A program made the position numbers and the translations under genes. DNA of 64,000 nucleotides, taken from positions 100,230 through 164,229 of the forward strand of contig JACKBI010000015.1 in the NCBI GenBank assembly GCA_020634615.1. Reading direction: 5' to 3'. Below the pieces are notes generated by a model, which was not told the DNA's origin, ran no database searches, and saw only the letters and a list, made by a program, of their open reading frames with translations. Origin of the DNA: Anaerolineales bacterium (GTDB lineage: Bacteria; Chloroflexota; Anaerolineae; JAAEKA01). Of the stretch, positions 1 to 9,276 are shown one piece after another (positions within the stretch are counted from its first letter, which is position 1; every line of letters begins with the position of its first letter).

Positions 1-249
1 GGGACCAATGAAGCGTAGCACCTGCTCGCGGCCTTCGGGTGAACTCTTGACCGCCTTCAACCAGCCGTGGCGCAGCAGATAGAGACCTGACGCCGGCTCC
101 CCCTCCAAAAAGACCACCTCACCCGGCGCATACTCGCGCCAGAGCGCGTGCCTGGCCAAGTCGTCGAGGACTTCGCCCTTCAGTCCCGCGAAAAAGGCAA
201 CCGTGCGCAGTTGGGCGATGAGGGAGGACATTTTGAAATCGTTGGACAT
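1..249 (-). CDS. Crp/Fnr-family cNMP-binding transcriptional regulator, N-terminal part (gene continues beyond the window start)
   Basis: The reverse-strand translation from the ATG at 249 reads MSNDFKMSSLIAQLRTVAFFAGLKGEVLDDLARHALWREYAPGEVVFLEGEPASGLYLLRHGWLKAVK, a typical cNMP-binding beta-roll. I translated this by hand. Confidence 0.45.
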   Translation of the reverse strand, partial: MSNDFKMSSLIAQLRTVAFFAGLKGEVLDDLARHALWREYAPGEVVFLEGEPASGLYLLRHGWLKAVKSSPEGREQVLRFIGP

Positions 250-257
250 GAACGGGG

Positions 258-1073
258 TTACGCGGTGACAAACAGGCCGCTGGCCTTGCTGATGTGGATT
301 ACACCGTCGCGCGCCAGAACGGTCTCGAAATGTTGCGTCAACGCCTCGACCGACGGTTCGGCGCTGGCAGTCCAGAGCATGTTGCGCGTCGAGAGGACAT
401 ACGCCACCAGCGGGGCAACCTCGCTGATCTCCAGGCTGTCCTTGTAGTCGTGGCGCTCGACATGAGCAAATACCCGCGCCAGTTGCTGCCCGCCGTTTTC
501 CAGGCCAAAGCGTCGTTCAGGCGCCAGCAACGCTGACCGATTGCTGGAAAACGGCGCCAGCAGGTCGCCCAGTTCCTGCATGTGACCTGCGCCGTTGGTG
601 GCTGCGAACAGCCGGCCGGCGGGCCGCAACACACGTCTGATCTCTGCCAGCGCCCGCGGCAGATCGGGCACGTGATAGAGCATGTGGTTGGCCAGCACCG
701 CGTCGAACGCGTTGTCGGCGAAGGGGAGGGTTTGCGCGTCGGCGGTTTGAAAACGGAAACGAGGATCGTCGCCGGCGCCCGCAGCGCGCAGATTGGCTTC
801 GGCCTGGGTCACCATCCCGGGCGACAGGTCGGCCAGCGTGATCCGCCAGTCTGGTGGGATGCATTGCAATTGGTCACACCAGAAGCGGCCCGGCCCGCAG
901 CCAATGTCCAGAATGACGGCAGCCGGCGGCAACCTCAGGTGGTCGAAATACCAGCGGTACCACCCGACCGGGTTCGTGCTGAACAGTTGGTGGACGGCGA
1001 TGCGTGCGTCCAGATTCGACGAGTCGCGATATTGGCTGTCCAGCAGAAAGCTCTGGTCGGTGATGGACGGCAT
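258..1073 (-). CDS. Class I SAM-dependent methyltransferase
   Basis: Motif I ILDIGCGPGRFW, followed by an acidic loop and motif post-I. The ORF is 271 aa. Confidence 0.75.
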   Translation of the reverse strand: MPSITDQSFLLDSQYRDSSNLDARIAVHQLFSTNPVGWYRWYFDHLRLPPAAVILDIGCGPGRFWCDQLQCIPPDWRITLADLSPGMVTQAEANLRAAGAGDDPRFRFQTADAQTLPFADNAFDAVLANHMLYHVPDLPRALAEIRRVLRPAGRLFAATNGAGHMQELGDLLAPFSSNRSALLAPERRFGLENGGQQLARVFAHVERHDYKDSLEISEVAPLVAYVLSTRNMLWTASAEPSVEALTQHFETVLARDGVIHISKASGLFVTA

Positions 1074-1132
1074 AGTGGTTTCTGGTCCGGCTTCGCCAGG
1101 TGACAGCCACGATCTGTCACCTTATTCACGGC

Positions 1133-2536
1133 CTACCCGTTGCTTTTGCCGTTCTTGCGAGGGCGTTGCTTGCCCGGACGCGGCTCCTCGGGTGTCTGCT
1201 CAGCCGGGGCTGACTCGGGATCCGGTACTTCAGGCAGATGAACGAGGACGGTCTGCACAGCCAACCCTTCCACGGCTTCCACCTCCAGCGTGACACCATC
1301 GATGGTTGCCGCATCGCCAGGCTGCGCCACGCGCCCCAACTCCGCCATCACCATGCCGCCGACGGTATCCACCTCGGGGTGCTCGATCTCCAACTCCAGC
1401 AACTGGTTCAACTCATCGATCAACAGGTCACCGCGCACCCTCACAAGAACCGGCGACAGCCGCTCCAGCGGCGCGATCTCCTGGTCGAACTCGTCCAGAA
1501 TCTCGCCCACCACCTCTTCGACCACATCTTCCAGCGTGATTAAGCCGGCTGTGCCGCCATATTCGTCAAACACGATGACCAACTGGCGGCGCTCGCGACG
1601 GAAGCGGATCAGCATTTGATCGAGCGGCAGCGACTCAGGAACGTAGGCGACTGGCCGAACAAGCTGGCGCAGGTCGAAAGGCTGGCGCTCGCGGTTGGCT
1701 TGCTGGCGCGCCAGTGTCTTGACATGCAGCATACCAACGATTTTGTCCAGGTCGTTGTCGTATACCGGGTAGCGCGAGTGGCGCTCTTCGCACACGAAAC
1801 TCAGAATCTCGTCTTCGGTTGCCGAAATGGGAATACCGACGATATGGTTGCGCGGCGTCATGATCCGCCCAACAGTGCGCGCCCGCAGATCGAATATGTT
1901 CTCGATAAAGAGTTGCTCGCCCGGCTCGACCAGGCCGACCTCGGCGCTTTCGTCGACCAGGTATTCCAGCTCTTCTGCTGAAAAGAGACGCGCCTGCGCG
2001 CTTGCTGCGGGGATGCCCATCGCGCGCACCACCAGATTGCCGATCCCGTTGAACAGCCAAATGATGGGGCCGAACAGCTTGCTGATGAACCCCATGGCGC
2101 GGTCCAGCCGCAGCACGGTCGGCTCGGCGTATTGGATGGCCAGCGACTTCGGCACCATCTCGCCCAGGACGACATGCACATAGGTCAGCAGCCCGATGGC
2201 CAGGATAGTCGCCAGCGTGTGCGACAGCGGTTCTGACAGCGCACCCAGGCTGCTCAGCGGATGGAGCAGCCAGTCTGCAATGGTGTGCTCGCCATACATA
2301 CCCAGCCCGAGGCTGGCAATGGTGATGCCGATCTGAGCTGTGGCCAGATAGCGGTTCTGGCTGTCCGGGTTCTTGAGAACCCGCAACACATGACGCGCCG
2401 GTTTGGATCCCCGCTCAGCCGCCTGAACCAGGCGCGTCTTGGGCACGGCGACGATGGAGAACTCAGCCGCCACGAACAGGCCGTTGAGCAGGATCAGCAG
2501 GCTGATAATAGCGATTGGCAGCAGGTACTCGTTCAT
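1133..2536 (-). CDS. HlyC/CorC (CNNM) family transporter with DUF21, a CBS pair and a CorC_HlyC domain
   Basis: N-terminal 4-TM DUF21, tandem CBS domains and a C-terminal CorC transporter-associated domain. The 4-nt overlap with the downstream paralog suggests an operon. Confidence 0.85.
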   Translation of the reverse strand: MNEYLLPIAIISLLILLNGLFVAAEFSIVAVPKTRLVQAAERGSKPARHVLRVLKNPDSQNRYLATAQIGITIASLGLGMYGEHTIADWLLHPLSSLGALSEPLSHTLATILAIGLLTYVHVVLGEMVPKSLAIQYAEPTVLRLDRAMGFISKLFGPIIWLFNGIGNLVVRAMGIPAASAQARLFSAEELEYLVDESAEVGLVEPGEQLFIENIFDLRARTVGRIMTPRNHIVGIPISATEDEILSFVCEERHSRYPVYDNDLDKIVGMLHVKTLARQQANRERQPFDLRQLVRPVAYVPESLPLDQMLIRFRRERRQLVIVFDEYGGTAGLITLEDVVEEVVGEILDEFDQEIAPLERLSPVLVRVRGDLLIDELNQLLELEIEHPEVDTVGGMVMAELGRVAQPGDAATIDGVTLEVEAVEGLAVQTVLVHLPEVPDPESAPAEQTPEEPRPGKQRPRKNGKSNG

Positions 2537-3879
2537 TCGGCGGCCTCGCGCAGGATTTCCACCTGATCAGGCGTGGCCGGCAGACTAACGGCCGCCACAG
2601 CCTTGCCCTCGATCCGCTCGACGCGCAGCGAGACGTCGCCGAACTCGACGATGTCGCCAACCTCGGCAACCCGCCCCAGTTCCGTCAGCACCAGCCCGCC
2701 GATGGTGTCAGCCTGATCAGTGGGCAGATTGAGTTCCAGCAGTTCGTTGAGATCGTGCACCAGCCAATCCCAGCGCACCAGAACCCGATTGCCGGGCAGT
2801 CCGCGGAACAGCGCCACCTCCTGATCAAACTCGTCCTGCACTTCGCCAAAGATCTCCTCGATCAGATCCTCCAGCGTCACGATACCGGCGGTGCCGCCGA
2901 ATTCATCCAGCACGATGGCGACCTGGTAGCGCTTGTGTTGCAGGAGTGCAAACGCTTCGCCTGCGGTCATCGTCTCGGAAATGTTGAGCGCCGGCACCAT
3001 GACCTGTCTGATGTCAACAGGCGGCGAGTCAGGATCGTGGCGCACCTGGTGGCGCAGGCAAAGCAGGTCTTTCAGATGCACCACCCCCAGAATGTTGTCG
3101 ATCGACTGTTCGTAGAGCGGCAAGCGCGAAAAAGGCGAAGTCGCCAGCAGGCTGAACAACTCGTCGCACGGCCGCTCTACCGAAGCGGCCAGCACGCGCG
3201 TGCGCGGCACCATCAACTGACGCACGGTGGTGCGTCGCATCCACAGGGTGTTTTCGATCAGTCGCCGCTCCTGCACATCCAGTACACCGCCCTCACCGCT
3301 TTCCTCGACCAGAATGGCGATCTCTTCGGGCGAATGGACGTGGACGTGCTCAGTGGTGGGATCGACGCCAAACAGACGTAGCACCAGCCGGCCGCTGCCG
3401 TTGAACAGCCATCTGAGGGGGCTAAACAGGACCATCGACCAGCGCAACGGCAGCACCGTCAGAAGCGCCAGTCGCTCAGGATATTGCACGCCGATGTTTT
3501 TCGGCACCAGTTCGCCAAAGATCACCTGGAAACCCGTCAGTACCAACAGGACAATGGTTGCCGACAGAGACGCGGCCGCGGCCGGCGCCAGCCCTCCCAG
3601 ATTCGTCAACCACGGCGCGATCACCGGTGACAGGGCTGCCTGCGCGTAAAAGCCCAGCACCAAGCTGGAGACGGTAATGCCGATCTGACAGGCTGCGATG
3701 TAGTCGTCGAGTCTGGAGGGATCTTCGACCACCGGCAAGACCATGCGGGCAAACCGGTTGCCCTGGTCACTTAACTGCGACAGGCGTGACCGGCGGGAAC
3801 TGAGGGTGGAGAATTCTGCCGCTACGTAGAGGGCATTGAAAAGCAGCAGTATGATGATAACTGCGAATGTGACTAACAA
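2533..3879 (-). CDS. HlyC/CorC (CNNM) family transporter, paralog of the 1133..2536 gene
   Basis: Same DUF21-CBS-CorC architecture, roughly 40% identical by eye to the neighbouring gene. Confidence 0.85.
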   Translation of the reverse strand: MLVTFAVIIILLLFNALYVAAEFSTLSSRRSRLSQLSDQGNRFARMVLPVVEDPSRLDDYIAACQIGITVSSLVLGFYAQAALSPVIAPWLTNLGGLAPAAAASLSATIVLLVLTGFQVIFGELVPKNIGVQYPERLALLTVLPLRWSMVLFSPLRWLFNGSGRLVLRLFGVDPTTEHVHVHSPEEIAILVEESGEGGVLDVQERRLIENTLWMRRTTVRQLMVPRTRVLAASVERPCDELFSLLATSPFSRLPLYEQSIDNILGVVHLKDLLCLRHQVRHDPDSPPVDIRQVMVPALNISETMTAGEAFALLQHKRYQVAIVLDEFGGTAGIVTLEDLIEEIFGEVQDEFDQEVALFRGLPGNRVLVRWDWLVHDLNELLELNLPTDQADTIGGLVLTELGRVAEVGDIVEFGDVSLRVERIEGKAVAAVSLPATPDQVEILREAAE

Positions 3880-3991
3880 GTACTAACTCCGCTGAACCGT
3901 CGATTTGTCGGGTGATAGTATAAGCCAGATTGTGATCTGTTGACAACTCCAAACGAGATGTGCTATGCTCGACCAGCCAGGAGGCACATCG

Positions 3992-5215
3992 ATGGATTTC
4001 TCACTGTCCGACGAACATTTGCGTGCACAGCAAATGGTACGAACATTTGCCCAGCGGGAAGTTGCGCCGATCATCAAGGAAGCTGATCGCAATCAGTCCA
4101 TGCCACCGCACCTACTGCCGCGCATGGCCGAGCTGGGCATTCTCGGCATCTGCATCCCTGAACGCTATGGCGGCCAGGGTTTCGATTATATCACCCTGGG
4201 GCTGGCCTGCGAGGAACTGGAGGCGGCTGATACGAGTCTGCGGACAGCCATGTCGGTTCACGTGGGACTGAACAGCCTGACGCTGCTGCAGTGGGGCAGC
4301 GAAACGCAGAAGCAGCGCTTTCTGGCGCCACAGGCGCGCGGCGAGAAGGTGGCGATGTTTGGCCTGACCGAAGCAGGCGCAGGCAGTGACGTGGCTGCCA
4401 TGGCTTCCACTGCCCGTCGCGACGGAGCGGAGTACGTCGTCAACGGCGAGAAGATGTGGATCTCGCTGGCCAGCCTGGCCCATCACATCCTCTGGTTCGC
4501 GCGCACCAATCCGGAGCGCTCCGATCCGCACGAACAGCTTTCGGCCTTCATCATTGAGACCGACCGGCCCGGCGTCACCCGCGGCGACATCCACGGCAAA
4601 CTGGGCCTGCGCGCTGGCTCCACCGGCTGGGTGCATTGTCAGGATGTGCGTGTGCCGGCCGAGAACCGGCTGGGCGAGGAGGGCGAGGGGTTCAGGATCG
4701 CGATGTCGGCGCTGGACAACGGCCGTTACACGGTGGCCGCCGGGGCAACTGGGTTGATCCGCGCCGCGCTGGAGGCCAGCGTCAAGTACGCCAAAGAACG
4801 CAAGACCTTCGGTCGCGAGATTGGTCGTCACCAGTTGGTGCAACAGAAAATCGCGCGCATGTCCCGTGACTACGAGCTGGCCCGGCTGGCTTATCTGCAA
4901 GTGGGCTGGATGAAGAACCAGGGGCTGCGCAACACCAGGGAAGTATCACTGGCCAAGTGGTTCGCAACCGACGCATCCTTTGATGCGGCCAATGAGGCGG
5001 TACAAGTCCACGGCTCCTACGGCTACAGCGACGAGTACGATGTGGAGCGCTACCTGCGCAATTCAAAAGCGGCGGTGATCTACGAAGGGACCAGCGAGAT
5101 CCACCAGTTGATGCAAGCCGGCTATGCGCTGGGCTACCGCCAAGATGGCGACCTGCGCTGTGAACTGCCGACCTACGATCCGCAGGTGTGGCAGGGGGAG
5201 AGCGGTGACCAGTGA
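3992..5215 (+). CDS. Acyl-CoA dehydrogenase
   Basis: ACAD N, middle and C domains (…GLTEAGAGSDVAAMAST…YEGTSEIHQLM). An AGGAGG ribosome-binding site sits 7 nt upstream of the ATG at 3992; the ORF track's upstream start is unlikely. The final five codons and the stop lie inside a heptamer repeat element. Confidence 0.85.
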   Translation: MDFSLSDEHLRAQQMVRTFAQREVAPIIKEADRNQSMPPHLLPRMAELGILGICIPERYGGQGFDYITLGLACEELEAADTSLRTAMSVHVGLNSLTLLQWGSETQKQRFLAPQARGEKVAMFGLTEAGAGSDVAAMASTARRDGAEYVVNGEKMWISLASLAHHILWFARTNPERSDPHEQLSAFIIETDRPGVTRGDIHGKLGLRAGSTGWVHCQDVRVPAENRLGEEGEGFRIAMSALDNGRYTVAAGATGLIRAALEASVKYAKERKTFGREIGRHQLVQQKIARMSRDYELARLAYLQVGWMKNQGLRNTREVSLAKWFATDASFDAANEAVQVHGSYGYSDEYDVERYLRNSKAAVIYEGTSEIHQLMQAGYALGYRQDGDLRCELPTYDPQVWQGESGDQ

Positions 5216-5300
5216 CCAGTAATCAGTAACCAGTGATCGGTCAGGGGCAAAGCCACCGTCTACTGACTACTGACTACTGATAACTGATTACCGTTCACCG
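5204..5300. repeat. Heptamer-repeat hairpin element (CAGTGAY)n…(RTCACTG)n, family C, copy 1
   Basis: ggtgaccagtgaccagtaatcagtaaccagtgatcggtcagg…ctactgactactgactactgataactgattacc. It sits between convergent genes and probably acts as a terminator. Confidence 0.7.
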
Positions 5301-6137
5301 CGGCTTGCGCGCCACGAAGAGCTCGCCGCCGCCGGAGTCCCAGATTTCCTCGTCCGCTTCGATGATCAACTCCGGGGTGAAACCAACTTCGGCCAGCAGA
5401 CGCAGCCACGTGTCGCGGCTGAACAGCCCCACCACGTGCCGGTCGTGGATCGCACGCGCCGAGCCGTCGCCCTCCAGCAGCAAATACGCCATGTCCATGA
5501 CAAAGTGCGTGTCAGTCGGATCCGGATCGTGGACCCACTCGACGTAGCGCAGCGCGCGTCCGCTGCCGTCGGCTGCATCATGCCCGCCGTGGTCGGTGTA
5601 TGGACGATAGCTTTCGCGCGTCTCGTCGGGGCAGAACAACGCCACGCCACCCGGCTTGGTATGCACAAACGCTGTGACCATCGCCTGGCGCAGGTCTTCT
5701 TCGCTGGTCAGATATGCCACCGCGTCATGCACGAAGACGGCGTCGAACTGGCGGCCAAGGCTCACCGTGCGCATGTCACCCTGGACGTGTTCGCACTCGG
5801 GATTGAGCGCGCGGCTGACCGCCAGCATGGGCGGGGAAAGATCGACCAGCGTCAGTTGGAAGTGCGCTTTGAGGTGTGAGGCGTTGTTGCCGCCGCCGCT
5901 GCCCAATTCCAGCACCTCGACCGGCGGCTGTTTACAGGCGTTCACCAGCGTGCGATGATAGACGGCCGCCTCACCGGCGTAGTCGTCCGGCGAGGACAGG
6001 ATCGGCCACCAGTCGGCCAGTTCAAAGTAAAGCGAAGGCAGCGAGTAGTACTCGCTCTTGAAGTCAGCGGCGCGTTCCATCTCCAGGTATTCCTGCGGCG
6101 TCAGCATGGCTTTGCGCGCTGCGGTCATCGTCGTCAT
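5295..6137 (-). CDS. Class I SAM-dependent methyltransferase
   Basis: VLELGSGGGNNASHL motif I; 280 aa. Confidence 0.7.
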   Translation of the reverse strand: MTTMTAARKAMLTPQEYLEMERAADFKSEYYSLPSLYFELADWWPILSSPDDYAGEAAVYHRTLVNACKQPPVEVLELGSGGGNNASHLKAHFQLTLVDLSPPMLAVSRALNPECEHVQGDMRTVSLGRQFDAVFVHDAVAYLTSEEDLRQAMVTAFVHTKPGGVALFCPDETRESYRPYTDHGGHDAADGSGRALRYVEWVHDPDPTDTHFVMDMAYLLLEGDGSARAIHDRHVVGLFSRDTWLRLLAEVGFTPELIIEADEEIWDSGGGELFVARKPR

Positions 6138-6155
6138 CTCCTCCCGCGTAGCAGG

Positions 6156-6575
6156 TCAGTCGTCCTCGATGATCTGATAGCAGGTGATGATCTCAGCTCC
6201 CGGCCGGATCGTCGCGGCCACTGAGCAATACTTGGTCTCCGACAGGTGAATGGCCTGCGCGACGTCCTTCTCTTTCAGCCCCTTGCCACGCAAAACGTAC
6301 TCCATGGTGATGCGGACAAAGGGCCACGGCGATTCGGCAGCGTTTTCGCCCGACACGTTGACCTGCAGGCCAGTCATGCGGGAACGCTTCTTGGCCAGAA
6401 TGCCGACCACATCGTAGGCCGAACAGGAAGCCAGACTCAGCAGCAAGAGCTGTGAAGGGGCCATACCTGTGCCGTTCTCCTCGTCCTGTGCCGAGATAAC
6501 GACAGAATGCTTGGAATCATCGGTGCCAACGAATTGTTTGTTCTGTACCCAGGTCAGGGTGACGTCTTTAGTCAT
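6156..6575 (-). CDS. OsmC/Ohr family peroxiredoxin-like protein
   Basis: 139 aa with conserved Cys residues (LASCSAYD…KYCSVA), a typical OsmC fold signature. Confidence 0.8.
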   Translation of the reverse strand: MTKDVTLTWVQNKQFVGTDDSKHSVVISAQDEENGTGMAPSQLLLLSLASCSAYDVVGILAKKRSRMTGLQVNVSGENAAESPWPFVRITMEYVLRGKGLKEKDVAQAIHLSETKYCSVAATIRPGAEIITCYQIIEDD

Positions 6576-6793
6576 GGTGGTTCTTTCGTTCGGTAGTTTA
6601 GTAGTGCGCTAGTTCGCAGGCGCAATCGTGCGCCAGTGCTTTGATGCAGAATGCAGGCAAAAGGTTATCACAACCATGTGCGTCGGAGTGACTATTGTCG
6701 CACCCGGCAGGTCATCACCACGTCGCCTGCCATGCAAATCAACGACCATCGCACCAACGCACCCCCAAACTACCGCACCACCGAACTAACGCA

Positions 6794-8362
6794 CTATTCC
6801 TGGTCCACCAACTCGCGCTTGAGGATTTTGCCGGTGGCGGTCATCGGCAGAGCGGAGCGGAACTCGATATAGCGCGGGTATTTGTAAGCTGCCAGGCCCT
6901 CGCGGGCGAAGGACATGATCTCGTCCACGGTCGCCGTTTCGCCCGGCTTGAGAACGACGTAGGCCTTGATCTCCTCGCCCATCTTGTCATCGGGCACGCC
7001 CTTGACGGCAACCAGCGACACCTTGGGATGGGTCATCAGGTATTCCTCGACCTCGCGCGGATAGACGTTGAACCCACCGCGGATGATCATCTCCTTCAGC
7101 CGGTCGACGATGTAGAAATAGCCGTCGGCGTCGATCTTGCCCATATCGCCGCTGTGGAACCAGTCGTCGCGTATCACCTCGGCGGTCGCGTCGGGGCGCT
7201 TGTAGTAGCCTTTCATCAGTTGGTGACCGCGGATGACAACCTCGCCCACTTCTTCAGGCCCCAGCGCGGCATGGCTGTCACTGGCCGGATCAACAATGCG
7301 CATGTCCGTCAGCCAGATCGGCTGGCCGATGGAGCCGACCTTGCGCGGCCGGTCGAGCTGGTTGAAACAGGCTACCGGCGACGTCTCGCTCAACCCGTAG
7401 CCCTCAAGAATCGGCACGTCGAAGCGCTCCTCGAAGTTGCGCAGCAGCTCCACCGGCAGCGCCGAGCCGCCGCTGACCGCGATGCGCAGGGTGCTGCGAA
7501 TCAGGTCGAGATCGAACTTCTCTGCGTCGGGGTAGCTCAGGAGGCCCCAATACATCGTTGGTACGCCCGCAAATACCGTGACGCCGTCGCGTTGCATGAT
7601 GCCCAGCACAGCATCGGCGGCAAAGCGCGGCAGCAAGGTGATGGTTGCGCCGGAGCAAAAACCGGTATTCATGAGCACCGTCTGGCCAAAGGAGTGGAAC
7701 AGCGGCAGCACCACCAGGCAGACGTCGTCCTTGTTCATCTGGATCATATCGCGCGTGGCTACCGCGTTCATGACCATGTTGCTGTGGGTCAATTCCGCAC
7801 CCTTGGGGCTGCCCGTGGTGCCGGAGGTGTAAAGGATCACTGCCGTCTCGTCGGGCATCGTCTGCACCGTGTCGAAGACCGGCGACTGGCCGGCCATGAC
7901 GCGGCCCAACGTCGTCACGCCCTCGCCTTCCACCGGCGAAGCCGCGGTTGGATCAGCCGTGGCCACGATGAGGTGGCGGCAGTCGGGAGCCTGCTGAAAC
8001 CCCTCCAGCGCCATCTGCGCCATGGGCAGTTCAGGCGTGCCCTGGAAGACGATCAGCGCGACCGCATCACTGTCTTTGAGGTGATAGGCGATCTCGCGTC
8101 CTTTGAACAGCACGTTGAACGGCACCACAGTCGCGCCCAGCTTCAGAATGGCGTAGTAGGCGATGGGAAAGTAAGGGATGTTGAGGCACGACAGCGCGAC
8201 CTTGTCGCCGCGCTGCACGCCAAGTTGGCGCAGCCCGTTGGCCAGTTGGTTAGCTGCGCCGTTGACCTGGGCATAATTGAGCTTGGTGTCGTTGAAGATC
8301 ACGGCAGGCTGAGCCGGGTTGGCCTGAGCGCTGGACTCCAGCAGCATCGCTAGGTTGAGCAT
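6794..8362 (-). CDS. fadD: Long-chain fatty-acid--CoA ligase (AMP-dependent synthetase)
   Basis: AMP-binding motif YTSGTTGSPKGA; 522 aa; GGAGGT ribosome-binding site before the ATG. Confidence 0.9.
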   Translation of the reverse strand: MLNLAMLLESSAQANPAQPAVIFNDTKLNYAQVNGAANQLANGLRQLGVQRGDKVALSCLNIPYFPIAYYAILKLGATVVPFNVLFKGREIAYHLKDSDAVALIVFQGTPELPMAQMALEGFQQAPDCRHLIVATADPTAASPVEGEGVTTLGRVMAGQSPVFDTVQTMPDETAVILYTSGTTGSPKGAELTHSNMVMNAVATRDMIQMNKDDVCLVVLPLFHSFGQTVLMNTGFCSGATITLLPRFAADAVLGIMQRDGVTVFAGVPTMYWGLLSYPDAEKFDLDLIRSTLRIAVSGGSALPVELLRNFEERFDVPILEGYGLSETSPVACFNQLDRPRKVGSIGQPIWLTDMRIVDPASDSHAALGPEEVGEVVIRGHQLMKGYYKRPDATAEVIRDDWFHSGDMGKIDADGYFYIVDRLKEMIIRGGFNVYPREVEEYLMTHPKVSLVAVKGVPDDKMGEEIKAYVVLKPGETATVDEIMSFAREGLAAYKYPRYIEFRSALPMTATGKILKRELVDQE

Positions 8363-8410
8363 GGTGTACCTCCAAAGAGTGGGTGTGGGTTGGCCGATGG
8401 GCCTATCTTA

Positions 8411-8480
8411 GCGTAGGAATGAGGGGATGGCAAATGATAGGGAGGGGAGGAAAAGGAGGAAAAAGGGGGAAAGGGGGGTC
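8411..8480. repeat. Purine-rich arm of the family-A G/A-rich repeat (half element)
   Basis: gggaggggaggaaaaggaggaaaaagggggaaagggggg, immediately followed by a family-B element. Confidence 0.5.
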
Positions 8481-8485
8481 AAGAG

Positions 8486-8574
8486 ACTTCGGAAGTCGCC
8501 GGTTGTGTACACATCTACATTTGCAACGAGAACGACCAGTCCGCGACGTGCTGGCGACTTCCGAAGTATGAGGG
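8486..8574. repeat. Family-B palindromic element with GACTTCGGAAGTCGCCG terminal inverted repeats, copy 1
   Basis: gacttcggaagtcgccgg…N52…ctggcgacttccgaagt. Confidence 0.7.
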
Positions 8575-8762
8575 GCGGCATCCGGTTTGACAGGCGGACA
8601 TGGGCGGGATACACTGGCTACACCACGCTTCACGACCAGGAGTCGTAACTACTCACCCGTCTTTCCCGCGGAGGCGGGAATCCACGCTTCACGAGCACCA
8701 GACTCCCGCCTCCGCGGGAGTGACGTAACGATAAAGGCTGAGTAGCAACCAGGAGTCACTCA

Positions 8763-9179
8763 ATGCCGCTTGCTGTTATCCACGACCGACTTGCTGTTTC
8801 CGCTGTCCTCTTTGCCGGGGTTTGCGCCGTCTGGGGCTTCATCAACTACCTTCGCGGGCAGGACATGACCAGCGGCTACTGGGGTGCTCTGGTGATCTGC
8901 GAAATCCTGATGATTGTCCAGGCCCTCTTTGGGATCATCCTCGCCATCGAGGGCAACCACCCACCGCGCGCGATCGTCCACTACCTCTACGGCATCAGCG
9001 CGGTCATCTCGCTGCCGGCAGTCTATGTCTTCACCGGTGGGCGGGACACACGACGCGAGAGCCTGCTCTACGCGGTTGTCAGCCTCTGGCTCTTCGGCCT
9101 GGCGATCCGCGGCATCACCACCGGCTCGGAGCAGGAGACGGTGGCAATGGTACTGCGTTCGATTGTTGGGTTGATTTAG
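8763..9179 (+). CDS. Hypothetical 4-TM membrane protein
   Basis: Hydrophobic 138-aa ORF followed by a strong terminator. Confidence 0.5.
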   Translation: MPLAVIHDRLAVSAVLFAGVCAVWGFINYLRGQDMTSGYWGALVICEILMIVQALFGIILAIEGNHPPRAIVHYLYGISAVISLPAVYVFTGGRDTRRESLLYAVVSLWLFGLAIRGITTGSEQETVAMVLRSIVGLI

Positions 9180-9195
9180 GACGCGTCTACGAGAA

Positions 9196-9242
9196 AGCCA
9201 GGGCCTCCCTGCTGTTGGACGGCAGGGAGGCCCTGGCTTTTT
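9196..9242. terminator. Bidirectional rho-independent terminator
   Basis: aaagccagggcctccctgc-tgttggacg-gcagggaggccctggcttttt: a 16-bp stem with flanking A and T tracts. Confidence 0.8.
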
Positions 9243-9276
9243 ACTTCCGGTTAAAGTTCGGTGGATGCAGCGAACC

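Noticed and set aside
6695-8353. 552-aa ORF antisense to fadD. Similar long antisense ORFs occur at 12684..14204, 15314..17935, 27750..29435, 52851..54014 and 56379..57860.
   Set aside because: All are His/Arg/Ala/Gly-rich, low-complexity translations of the opposite strand of well-supported genes. This is the usual GC-rich open-frame artefact, and none carries a domain signature.
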